A stretch of DNA of 62,382 nucleotides, counting the filler. It is 5 parts of 5 records of this genome, joined end to end, with 100 filler letters (N's around TTAATTAATTAA, not from the genome) between each part and the next. Parts side by side here need not be neighbours in the genome. Positions count along the whole stretch, not along the records: positions 27,349 to 32,510 come from SRR2962707_3065; positions 32,611 to 57,279 come from SRR2962707_3074; 3 more parts are not named here. The stretch is one strand, 5' to 3'. A model generated the notes under the pieces. The model saw only the letters and a program-made list of their open reading frames with translations. It was not told the DNA's origin and ran no database searches. Of the stretch, positions 30,827 to 40,288 are shown piece by piece. A program made the translations under genes and the position numbers. Every line of letters starts with the position of its first letter. Within the stretch, counting starts at the first letter, position 1.

Positions 30827-32510
30827 CTAACGCCTGGAGTTCTTATGCTGACGCAAGGCATCTGCTTTTTGAAGCCACTGCCGAATCGCTTTTTTTTCGA
30901 CTTCGCGAGCATCGGACAGGGATTCTCCGTCGAGAGGGTCGCTGAAGCGCAAATCTTGATGATGCGCGGCACCCTCAGCCAACACATGAAATACGCTTCC
31001 TGCAACAGCACACACATTGGGATCGAGGCGAGGCAAAAACGTACTGAGCGGTGAGGAAGAAAGGTATCCAATCACTACGCCTGTGCACGCGTGTCAACTC
31101 ACCGTCTGGACTCACTGCATCAAACGGAATCCCCCCGACAGACCATGGGTCCTTGTCGCCATCACTAAACACAATGTTGGTACTGTGCCGAACTACGTCT
31201 GTGCCGGTTCCAAACGCCTGTATTGCCCACCTTGCTCGGGTAACTACGCCAGGATAGCGCTGCTTGCACGCTGTCTCAACTTCTGGGATCTAAGCACCAA
31301 AACAGTGCAACATCGAAAGGAACAACAAGATGGAATCGACATCAATAGATCGGCAAGTGCACATCGAGTTGCACAATGGGGACCACTCTCTGCTCTAGGG
31401 ACCACTCTGCACGCACGCAAGCAACAATACGATCCCGTGTTGAGACGGCACAGCAGTACCGCACCTGAGCCTCAGTTTCCACATAGAACCCGTTTCCATC
31501 GGACGTCAGTGGCTCCAAAATAAGCTCAGTACAAGCCTGATAATTCCATGTGTCATAAATGGATACGTTTGGCATTTGAACTTGGTCGTTCAACGGGATA
31601 CGACCGTGTCCAAACCGATGATGTTTGAGCAGTGCGCTGCTTGACCGCATTGGATTGAGTGTCGCCCCAACCATTTCCATCGAAACGTTGTGACATTGCA
31701 GCTGGCCCGTGTAGTTCACAAAGACGTTCATGGCTGCATTGAGGCGCTCAAGAGTTGAGGAAGGACTGGGGATTGAAGCGGCACTGCCATTCATGAGCTC
31801 ACAGGCAACACCAACGGGATCCGCAGGCATGTTGGTAACAAACGTGTTTGCGTAGGGATAATCGAGCATCGCCAATGTTGCGAAGGCACCCTTCACGTAA
31901 AAAACAAGGCGGTCAACATCACTTGTGGAGTGAAGGGGCGAACAGGTCACAAATGTTTGAGATAAGCTGTCGTGGCTGGCAGTGGAAATGCTGCGAATGC
32001 CTTCATCGACCAGCGATGCGCAGCGGGAGTCCCCTCCATACTTGGCGTAGACGCTGAGCGTCGCATTGTAGAACACATCTTGCATGTCACTGGCCTGCGG
32101 CAGCCCTGTGAGCGTGATTGGCGCGGACGCTGCAATAGCCCCCGTGCTCAGGTGAGCATACTTGAAGCGAAACCACGCAGCCAACATGCCACCATAAGAT
32201 CCGCCCCACAGTATGACGTCAGTGTCAGCTGGACAACCAAGCACAGCTGCTTTGCTGGAGAGGAAGACAGCGGTGTCGGCGAGCGCCTGCTCTATCGTGA
32301 GATACCGCAGCCGGTCTGTGTCCCCGGGAGCTGCCACCGGGCTGCTGCTACCGTAATACCGGTGTTCCAGAAACACGATCAGCGCCCCAAACTCAGGAGC
32401 GTATTCAAACAGCGCGCCAGAGTTGTTGTAGAAGTCCTCCACTCCACCTTCCCCGCCAAAAAAGAAGAAAATGGGGCCGCTCCCATTGTTGTTGTTGTTG
32501 TTGTTGTTGT
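30827..32510 (-). CDS. Eukaryotic serine peptidase family S28 (lysosomal Pro-X carboxypeptidase-like), 5' truncated, introns 31290-31464 and 31000-31102
   Basis: LEHRYYG, QALAD, GGSYGG (Ser), DPW (Asp) and GAAHHQDL (His) spread over three exons joined by GT-AG introns. Confidence 0.9.
32486..32510. repeat. (TTG)8 microsatellite, poly-Asn on the coding strand
   Basis: TTG tandem run at the contig end, in frame with the S28 peptidase. Confidence 0.9.
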
Positions 32511-32610
32511 NNNNNNNNNNNNNNNNNNNNNNNNNNNNNNNNNNNNNNNNNNNNTTAATTAATTAANNNNNNNNNNNNNNNNNNNNNNNNNNNNNNNNNN
32601 NNNNNNNNNN
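32511..32610. other. Artificial contig junction
   Basis: N-run with TTAATTAATTAA (32555-32566). Confidence 0.98.
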
Positions 32611-34603
32611 CGAGGCGATGCACGCCGTGTTCCTGTATCATGCGATACAAGCGGGCATGGACATGGGTATCGTCAACGCCGGTCAGCTTGTGGTCTATGA
32701 CCAGATTGAACCGGATTTGCGCGAGCGCTGCGAGGATGTCGTGCTCAACCGTCGTGCGGATGCAACCGAACGGATGCTGGAGATTGCCGAACGGTTTCGG
32801 GGTGGTGCGCGCGAGGAACGAGTTCGCGATCTCGCCTGGCGTGAATGGAGCGTGGAAAAGCGCATGGAACATGCGCTGGTAAACGGCATCACCGAATTCA
32901 TCGAGGCGGATACCGAAGAGGCGCGGCTTTCTGCCGACCGGCCGCTGCACGTTATCGAAGGGCCGCTGATGGCGGGCATGAACGTGGTGGGCGATTTATT
33001 CGGTGCGGGTAAGATGTTCCTGCCGCAGGTGGTGAAATCCGCCCGCGTGATGAAGCAGGCCGTTGCGATCCTCTTGCCATTTATGGAGGAGGAAAAGCGG
33101 CTGTCCGGTGGGGTGGGTCGGCAGACGGCGGGCAAGGTTCTTATGGCGACGGTCAAAGGCGATGTGCATGACATCGGCAAGAACATCGTTGGCGTCGTTC
33201 TGGCCTGCAACAATTACGAAATCATCGACCTGGGCGTCATGGTACCGCCGCAAAAGATCCTGCAGGTCGCACGGGACGAGAATGTGGACATCATCGGATT
33301 GTCCGGGCTCATCACTCCGAGTCTTGATGAAATGACCCATCTGGCCGCGGAGATGGAGCGGGAAGGATTCGACATCCCCCTTCTGATTGGGGGGGCAACG
33401 ACATCCAAGGTACATACGGCGGTCAAGATCGCCCCGCGCTATAGCCGTGGTCAGGCAATCTATGTGCTTGACGCAAGCCGTGCCGTGGGGGTCGTCAGCC
33501 AGCTGTTAAGTTCAGATAAGAAGCCGGCCTATGTCGCCGGCATACAGGCCGAATATGTCGATGTGACCGAGCGTCATGAACGTGCGGAACGCGCCAAAAA
33601 AAGGGTGCCGCTGGCAGAAGCGCGGGCCAATGCGATGAAAATTGACTGGTCCGAATATGCCGTCGCCCGGCCGGCTTTTACCGGGGCGCGGGTGATCGAC
33701 GACTGGGATCTGGGAGAGATTGCCCAATATATCGACTGGACACCGTTTTTCCGGACTTGGGAGCTTAAGGGCGTATATCCAAAGATCCTTGACGACGAAA
33801 AACAGGGCCAAGCGGCGCGCGAGCTTTTTGCCGATGCAAAGGCTATGCTGAAAAAGATCATTGCCGAAAAGTGGTTCGCACCCCGCGCCGTGGTGGGGTT
33901 CTGGCCTGCCAATGCAATCGGCGACGACATTCGGCTGTTCACCGATGACAACCGCGCCGATACCCTCACGACCCTGCACACCCTGCGCCAGCAACACGCC
34001 AAACGGCCGGGACGGCCAAACGTGGCGCTGTCCGATTTTGTTGCCCCTGTAGGCACAAAGGATTGGGTCGGCGGGTTTGTCGTAACAGCAGGCCCCGAAG
34101 AGGCCGCGATTGCCGACCGGTTTGACCGAGCAAACGACAACTATTCGGCCATTCTGGTCAAGGCACTGGCCGACCGGTACGCCGAAGCGATGGCCGAAAT
34201 GCTGCACGCGCGCGTGCGGCGTGACCTTTGGGCCTATGCTGCGGACGAAACATTTGCTCCAAGTGATCTGGTTGGCGAACCCTATCAGGGCATCCGGCCC
34301 GCGCCGGGATATCCCGCGCAACCAGATCATACTGAAAAGCTGACCCTGTTCAGCCTGCTGGATGCTGAGGTCGCCACCGGGGTGGAATTGACCGAAAGCA
34401 TGGCGATGTGGCCAGGCTCATCTGTCTCAGGGCTCTACCTAGCGCACCCCGAAAGTTACTATTTCGGGGTGTCCAAGGTCGAGCGGGATCAGGTTCATGA
34501 CTATGCCGCCCGCAAGGACATGACGATTGACGATGCGGAACGTTGGCTGGCACCTATTCTGAATTATATTCCAACGCCGCCTGCGGCAGTTGCCGCTGAA
34601 TAG
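32611..34603 (+). CDS. metH: B12-dependent methionine synthase, 5' truncated
   Basis: [21 protein letters not shown] (DxHxxG), [17 protein letters not shown]. Confidence 0.97.
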
Positions 34604-34655
34604 GTGAGGCCATCGTGTCATGGCAGGGAGCATGAGCAGCCAAGGTGCGCCCTGA

Positions 34656-34745
34656 AAACTGGACGGTGGCGGAAGCTGCGATCTGTTGGCGTTGACGACT
34701 GAGTCTAACAGGACACGTCTGATCCAAGGAACCACCGTTCAGTTT
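34656..34745. repeat. 14-bp inverted repeat between convergent metH and PRMT-like genes
   Basis: AAACTGGACGGTGG (34656-34669) / CCACCGTTCAGTTT (34732-34745), 13 of 14 complementary. Confidence 0.6.
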
Positions 34746-34789
34746 CCCTACCGAACGGCAGACGCATCCACGGCGACGATGGTGACCAA

Positions 34790-35974
34790 CTACGGACACA
34801 TCTGCAAGCTTTGGGTGTCAGACCTTGATCGGTTCACCTGTGATCCTATCCACCAGTCACTGGGCCCGACTGCGTCGGTGTGGGGTTCAACCTCATGTAC
34901 TGACAGGCTCAGTTGCGACGTGTCGTGGCGCGCCGTTATCCGCAAAAGATCCCCCGGAGCGGCCAGTATCGGGCGATCCACTAAATAGGCCGTTCGCCCC
35001 CAATGACCATCAGACGACAGGTCGTTCGTCAACTGAATGCCGGGTGCCAGGACCATATTGAAAGCCACGAAAACGGCGTGGACCGCGCCATCGGTAAAAC
35101 AGACAAGATCCTTTGTCGCTCGCCCGTGCGCCATGCTGGGTCGGGTGAAATCAAATTCGAACAGGTCATTTGCAGGTCCCAATGGCCGTAGCCCGAAGGC
35201 CGCGAAATCGCTCGGTGTGATCTGTGCGACAGTGGCAAAGTGGTGAAATTCGCCAAGATCGAAACCCTCTGCCTCTTGGGGGCGCCAAAGGTCCAGAAGT
35301 CTGTCGCCTTCTATCAGCTGCGCCCTAAGGGTGCCCCGCTCAGGGATCGCACGGGCGTCAGGCTTCGCCAGTTTTTTCATGGCATGTGTTAGGGTTGCGA
35401 GCGCGCCTTCGCCAAGAAGAACGGTATCCACGATTTCCGAGATCACCACATCGACCTGTTCAGGAAGTTCCACGCCAACAGCAAGATTGTGTGACATTTT
35501 CGGGATGACCGTGATGCAGTCGCTTAGGCCATTCTCATTGATGACCCGCGCGGCGGCTTGTGCGATCAGGGGTTGCTGTTCGCAGGCATAGACATGTTTT
35601 GCACCAGCGCGCGCGGCCAGCATTGCCGTCAGGCCGGCACCGCAACCGATGTCGAGCACAATATCACCGGGTTTGACTTTCGCGGCAATGGCCTTGGCAT
35701 AGGCGCGATTGCGGGCCTTGTCCGCGAGCATGGGGAAATGCCAACGGGGAACGAACATCTGGTAAAGCCGCTCTAGCAGGAGCCTTGCCTCGTGGTGATA
35801 AGGATCCTTGGCCAAGGCCGCCAAGAGAAGCCGTGACGTTTGAAGGCCGCCATCACTTAGGGGGTCAAGTTTTGCGATCTGGACAAGATCGTCTGCGCCC
35901 TGCTCCTCGTGACATTCGAATTCCTGAAAATCTTGATTTTCAGTGTGAAAGGTTAGCGCAAGATCATTTGCCAC
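34790..35974 (-). CDS. SAM-dependent methyltransferase with PRMT7/PRMT9-like protein arginine methyltransferase architecture
   Basis: VPRWHFPMLAD..RN..Y, VLDIGCGAG (motif I), VYACE (post-I), SEIVDTVLLGEG (double-E loop), GHW (THW loop), EGFDL; GTG start after a GAGGA SD; no introns. Confidence 0.82.
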   Translation of the reverse strand: MANDLALTFHTENQDFQEFECHEEQGADDLVQIAKLDPLSDGGLQTSRLLLAALAKDPYHHEARLLLERLYQMFVPRWHFPMLADKARNRAYAKAIAAKVKPGDIVLDIGCGAGLTAMLAARAGAKHVYACEQQPLIAQAAARVINENGLSDCITVIPKMSHNLAVGVELPEQVDVVISEIVDTVLLGEGALATLTHAMKKLAKPDARAIPERGTLRAQLIEGDRLLDLWRPQEAEGFDLGEFHHFATVAQITPSDFAAFGLRPLGPANDLFEFDFTRPSMAHGRATKDLVCFTDGAVHAVFVAFNMVLAPGIQLTNDLSSDGHWGRTAYLVDRPILAAPGDLLRITARHDTSQLSLSVHEVEPHTDAVGPSDWWIGSQVNRSRSDTQSLQMCP

Positions 35975-36243
35975 GGTGTATTCGTCCTCATTCTAAGGAA
36001 ATGCTTCGAACCGACATACCCGTGTGGCGCATAAAATATGGTAAATGGATTTTGTGATTGCGCCTTGCTCGTCCTGCGAGGCCTTGCAAAGGGCAGGGTT
36101 TTCGCGCCGCAGGTCAGTGGACGCGGGCGAACTTTGCGCAGGGAGCAATCCTTGCAAACTGTGCTGTCTAAACGATTTAGAAGAGGCCATGTGCCGGGAC
36201 GCCACGAGCCGAAGCAGACGTTGCTCGCGATAACAGAGTTTTT

Positions 36244-36278
36244 GTCAGATTGGCAGGCCGCAGGGCCGCCAATCTGAC
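36244..36278. terminator. Strong hairpin between the small-protein genes and the PRMT-like gene
   Basis: GTCAGATTGGC...GCCAATCTGAC 11-bp stem; no U-tract on the minus strand, so function is uncertain. Confidence 0.45.
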
Positions 36279-36478
36279 CTTTGGTGTTGATCGCTCGAAC
36301 GGTTGAAAGCGACAAAAGGCATCTGAAAGGCGATATTTCTGATTTCCACAAACCCTTTATGGAATGTGAACGTCGTATTTTGGCATCAAAACGCAGGCTG
36401 AAAATGCTCTACAGCATTCTGCGCGTTTTGATTGGATACATCGAGCGTGTTGCGACGCGCGATGTATCCGCAGTGATA

Positions 36479-36673
36479 TCAGTGCTTGTGAACCAAAACG
36501 CTTACGATGAGCACGGCAGCCGCAATCGGAAGCAGAAGTTCCATACCCATCCCGCCGCGTGGGTGGGCGGCTGCTGGCGGAGCTTGCGGTGCCGGACCTG
36601 GCTGAGCATATGACGACATAGGAGTTAGCAGTACGGCGACTGCGGCCGCGATAGCGGAGTATTTGCGAAACAT
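36479..36673 (-). CDS. 64-aa small protein: signal peptide, Pro/Ala-rich linker, C-terminal TM helix
   Basis: AAAAGGA SD 8 nt before ATG; MFRKYSAIAAAVAVLLTPMSSYA|QPGPAPQAPPAAAHPRGGMGMELLLPIAAAVLIVSVLVHKH. Confidence 0.7.
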   Translation of the reverse strand: MFRKYSAIAAAVAVLLTPMSSYAQPGPAPQAPPAAAHPRGGMGMELLLPIAAAVLIVSVLVHKH

Positions 36674-36739
36674 AGTATATATCCTTTTTGGCTGACCACG
36701 ATCCGCCATTTTCTGGCCGGATCATGTTCGGGGGGCGAT

Positions 36740-37120
36740 TTAGTTCTTGGGGGGGGGTCCGTTACGCATTTTGTCCATCGCGTCGTCAATTTGGTCCGGC
36801 GTCAGCGATGGATTCTGACCCATCAGACAGTCAATAGATGCAGCACGGTCTGCTTCTGACATCTGCGTTCCTGGGGCAGGCGGCTCACCTAGGCAGCTTT
36901 TCAACTGCGAAGGTTTCAGGTCTAGCGCCTGTGCAACTGCGTCCATAGGGTTTGCGTCCTGCGCCATTGCGGCCGAAGTCATGACTGTTGCAAATCCCAA
37001 CACCGTGAGTACGGCCAGGAACATCAGGGGCAGCAGCTTCTTGCTTGTCACCTTTCGCACCGAAACGTCGTTCGATGCGGAACGGAATGATCTCGCCAGT
37101 TTTTTTATCTTGGGAAACAT
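36740..37120 (-). CDS. Small secreted helical protein with two Cys
   Basis: AGGAG SD; basic N-region, hydrophobic stretch, AMA|QD cleavage site; two Cys 22 residues apart. Confidence 0.75.
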   Translation of the reverse strand: MFPKIKKLARSFRSASNDVSVRKVTSKKLLPLMFLAVLTVLGFATVMTSAAMAQDANPMDAVAQALDLKPSQLKSCLGEPPAPGTQMSEADRAASIDCLMGQNPSLTPDQIDDAMDKMRNGPPPKN

Positions 37121-37297
37121 TGGTTTCTCCTGTTTTGACGTTGATCCGCCCTTGTCCGATCCTTTTGCAGCATCTTTGAGGAGTAGATTTGAAGTGAATG
37201 TGCAGGGAGAATGCAGTCTGAAAATAAATTTTTAGGTTTGCGTATTTGACACAAAACGACCAATCCCGTGCATGGCCTGTGTCCCAGAAATATCGTT

Positions 37298-37510
37298 TCA
37301 GGGTCGAGGCAGGATAGACGCTGCGAGCGGGACGGGGACTAAAATGACACTGGGGCGTCTGCCGCAAGGTGTGTCGGCAGGACGTCAGCCATTGAAGCGC
37401 GCGCGAACAGAGTTTCAATCCTGTTCGCGCCCATTGTACGGTTGTGTGCCCTGTTTTATCGGTGTTTCACGCGATTATCGGATAGGGCTGCAGGGCTTTA
37501 TTCTTTTCCA
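37298..37510 (-). mobile_element. Heavily decayed IS5-family transposase C-terminal remnant
   Basis: Across frameshifts and stops: RIKPCSPIR*SRETPIKQG..PYNGR / NRIETLFAR / ..G*RP..T..GRRPSVILVPVPLAASIL..*, matching the recalled IS5 pattern IKPCIPGRKSR..Y..RNRIE.MF.RLKDWRR.ATRYDRCP..F.SAIALAA. Confidence 0.6.
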
Positions 37511-37555
37511 GCACCGCCGGTGGAAAAGGGGCCTGCGTGCCGCGGAATTTGAAAA

Positions 37556-39010
37556 CTATTCCGAATGCGCCTTTTCCGTGAAATCCGGATTATCAATTGC
37601 CAGACTTATTCCGCGGCTTAAATGAATGCCCTGTCCGCTTTCGCCGGTGAGGGACCCGTCCTGCATAATCGTACGGCCTCTGAGGATTGTTCGCACTGGC
37701 CAGCCGGTGATTTCCATACCCTCATATGGGGTGTAATCCGAGCCATGGTGAAGGCTTTCTTGTTTGATGACGCCAACCTTTTTCGGATCCCACAGTGTGA
37801 TGTCGGCATCTGCGCCAACAACCAACGCACCCTTATTTGGGTAAAGGCCATAGAGTTTCGCAGGGTTGGTTGAGGTCAGAGCTACAAACCTCTCAAGCGA
37901 AATCCGCCCCTTGCTGACACCTTCGGAAAACAGGATCGGCAAACGGGTTTCGACCCCCGGAATGCCGTTCGGAACCCAGCGAAAAGACGTCCGGGCACGT
38001 GGATTGTCCTTTCCGGTGGCACCGACGCCTTGGTAATAAAACGGGCAATGATCGGAAGAGAATACGTCGAAGGTGCCATCGCGCAGCCCTTCCCAGATTG
38101 CATTTTGGCTGTCGATGTCCCGGGGCGGCGGGGAACAGACATACTTTGCCCCCTCGAAATCCATGTTCAGACCCTTCAGATCATCGCGGGTTAGGGTGAT
38201 ATATTGCGGACAGGTTTCTGCGTGGACCTTCATGCCACGCTTTTGCGCCCATTGGATTTGTTCCATCGGCTCGCGCCCCGAAACATGGACAATCATCACC
38301 GGGACGTCCGTCAGTTGCGCGTGACTGATCGCACGGTGGGTTGCTTCGCGTTCAGCGACCTGATGATGGGCTACCGCGTGATAATACGGGGCAGTCTTAC
38401 CTTCGGCCTCTAACCGGGCGGCCATGTATTTGATGGCGTCGTGGCCTTCGGCATGGACCATCACCAGCGCCCTTTCACGGCGCGCGACCTCGAATACCTC
38501 AAGAAGTTCAGCGTCGTTCAGGACCAGATCGTCATAGGTCATAAAAACCTTGAACGAGGTATATCCGTCGCGCACCAGGGCGGGCAATTCTTGGCCCAGA
38601 ACCTGTGGCGTCGGATCTGTGATGACCAGGTGGAAAGACACATCGACATAGCATTGGTCTTTGGCCTTCTCGTGATAGGCCGTGACGCAGTCGCGCAGAG
38701 AACTGCCTTTGACCTGCATCGCAAACGGAAGGACCGTCGTATTGCCCCCTGCAGCGGCGGACCGTGTGCCGCTTTCAAAATCGTCAGCCATGACTGTGCC
38801 GTCGGACGTGGGCTGCGCCAGGTGGACATGCGCGTCGATACCGCCGGGCAGAACCAAAAGGCCGGTGGCGTCAATCTCTTCCTTGGCGCCTTCAATACTG
38901 TCGGCGATATCAGTGATCCGGCCATCCCTGATGCCCAGATCGGCGCGAAACCTGTCTGATGCCGTTACGATTGTTCCGCCCCGTATGGCGAGGTCATGGG
39001 TCCGGCTCAT
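37556..39010 (-). CDS. hydA: Dihydropyrimidinase / D-hydantoinase family cyclic amidohydrolase
   Basis: PGGIDAHVH, SFKVFMTY (carbamylated Lys), VHAE, SSDHCPF, PNGIPG. Confidence 0.9.
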   Translation of the reverse strand: MSRTHDLAIRGGTIVTASDRFRADLGIRDGRITDIADSIEGAKEEIDATGLLVLPGGIDAHVHLAQPTSDGTVMADDFESGTRSAAAGGNTTVLPFAMQVKGSSLRDCVTAYHEKAKDQCYVDVSFHLVITDPTPQVLGQELPALVRDGYTSFKVFMTYDDLVLNDAELLEVFEVARRERALVMVHAEGHDAIKYMAARLEAEGKTAPYYHAVAHHQVAEREATHRAISHAQLTDVPVMIVHVSGREPMEQIQWAQKRGMKVHAETCPQYITLTRDDLKGLNMDFEGAKYVCSPPPRDIDSQNAIWEGLRDGTFDVFSSDHCPFYYQGVGATGKDNPRARTSFRWVPNGIPGVETRLPILFSEGVSKGRISLERFVALTSTNPAKLYGLYPNKGALVVGADADITLWDPKKVGVIKQESLHHGSDYTPYEGMEITGWPVRTILRGRTIMQDGSLTGESGQGIHLSRGISLAIDNPDFTEKAHSE

Positions 39011-40263
39011 GATACTATCTCCCGTTGCGACACGATTTCACCCAACGCCTTTGTTAAGCGATCAACTTGGGACAGGGAATTGTAGTGAGCCATTGAAACA
39101 CGCAAAACACCACTATTTTCCGTCTCGCCCAGGTCCTCGATCAACCGTCGGGAATGAAAATCGCCAAAGCGGATTGCTATACTGTGCGCATCCATCGCCT
39201 TGGCGATCGCGCCGGAATCGATCCCGTCGAATTTGAAGGCTATGGTCGGAACGCGTTGGCCGGCCTCAAAACCACGGCCGACAATGTGGCAATCGTTCCG
39301 CTGCCCAAGCCAGGTCAACAGCCGTTGCGCCAGCAAATTTTCCTGAGCTGCAATCCCGTCAAACGCGGCTTCCAATTTCTCGCGTTGACTGCCCGTTGCG
39401 CCCAGCCTGGTGCCAAGCTCTGCCAGATAGGCGACGATGGCCGTTGTACTGTAGGCCAGTTCGTAGTTCGGGTTGCCCGGTTCCAATTTGCCCGGCACTT
39501 TGTCCTTGCCGTAGAAATAGTGATACTGACCGTCAAGTTCGCCCAGTAGGTCGTATTTGCCGTACATGACGGCCATGTGAGGCCCATAGCATTTATACAA
39601 ACTGAAGATGTAATAATCGGCATCCATTGCCATCACGTCGATGGCGCGGTGTGGGGCATAGGCCACGGCGTCCACGCACAACCGCGCGCTGCGGGCATGG
39701 ACGAATTCGGCGAACTCGCGGATCGGATTGACCCACCCAAGTATGTTGGACGCGTGGTGGACACAGACCAGTTTGGTCCGGGGCGTCATCAACGGTTCCA
39801 GATCATCCAACCGCATCGTCATGCTTGCCTGATCAAGCGGCCAGTTTTTTACGACGATTCCGAACTCTTCCAGCTCCTTCCATGGACCAATATTGGATTC
39901 GTGGTCTGCATGGCTGACGATGATTTCGTCACCCGGTGCCAGCTGTCGCCGCATGGATGCGGCCAGCGTGCGCGTCAGCTGTGTCGTTGAGGGTCCAAAA
40001 ACGATCTCCTCCGGGCGGGCAGCGTTGACCATTAACTGCGCGGCCTTGCGGCCCAGCATCAGGGCTTCTGCGGCCGCTTGCGAAACGGCATAGCTACCGC
40101 CGATCTGGACGTTACGGTGGATCAGGAATTCGCTGATCTTGTCCGCCACCCCACCAACGATCTGGCTGCCGCCGGCGTTGTCAAAGAAAATCCAGCCGGA
40201 TTTCAGACCTGGAAACTGTGCCTGGACAAAATCCATATCAATCGCGTCTTTGGGTTCACCCAT
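39007..40263 (-). CDS. Class V PLP enzyme, cysteine-desulfurase-like but lacking the catalytic Cys
   Basis: FFDNAGGSQ, DHESNIGPW, DAVAYAPH, FSLYK (PLP Lys); RFGDFH where SufS has RxGHHCA. Confidence 0.85.
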   Translation of the reverse strand: MGEPKDAIDMDFVQAQFPGLKSGWIFFDNAGGSQIVGGVADKISEFLIHRNVQIGGSYAVSQAAAEALMLGRKAAQLMVNAARPEEIVFGPSTTQLTRTLAASMRRQLAPGDEIIVSHADHESNIGPWKELEEFGIVVKNWPLDQASMTMRLDDLEPLMTPRTKLVCVHHASNILGWVNPIREFAEFVHARSARLCVDAVAYAPHRAIDVMAMDADYYIFSLYKCYGPHMAVMYGKYDLLGELDGQYHYFYGKDKVPGKLEPGNPNYELAYSTTAIVAYLAELGTRLGATGSQREKLEAAFDGIAAQENLLAQRLLTWLGQRNDCHIVGRGFEAGQRVPTIAFKFDGIDSGAIAKAMDAHSIAIRFGDFHSRRLIEDLGETENSGVLRVSMAHYNSLSQVDRLTKALGEIVSQREIVS

Positions 40264-40288
40264 TTCTTGTCCAATTCAATGTCTAGCA

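Noticed and set aside
27349-35974. Idea that the PRMT-like gene belongs to, or was transferred from, the adjacent eukaryotic contig
   Set aside because: Separated by an artificial junction; the PRMT gene is contiguous with bacterial metH, has no introns and has an SD
35953-36478. Several short overlapping ORFs between the PRMT-like gene and the 64-aa gene
   Set aside because: No convincing SD, motif or protein-like composition
36479-36560. GlyGly-CTERM sorting signal processed by the rhomboid at 5276-5998
   Set aside because: The rhomboid is on a different contig and organism, and the tail lacks the Arg-rich cluster typical of GlyGly-CTERM
39007-40263. SufS/IscS cysteine desulfurase call
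   Set aside because: Catalytic Cys motif absent and no Fe-S assembly context
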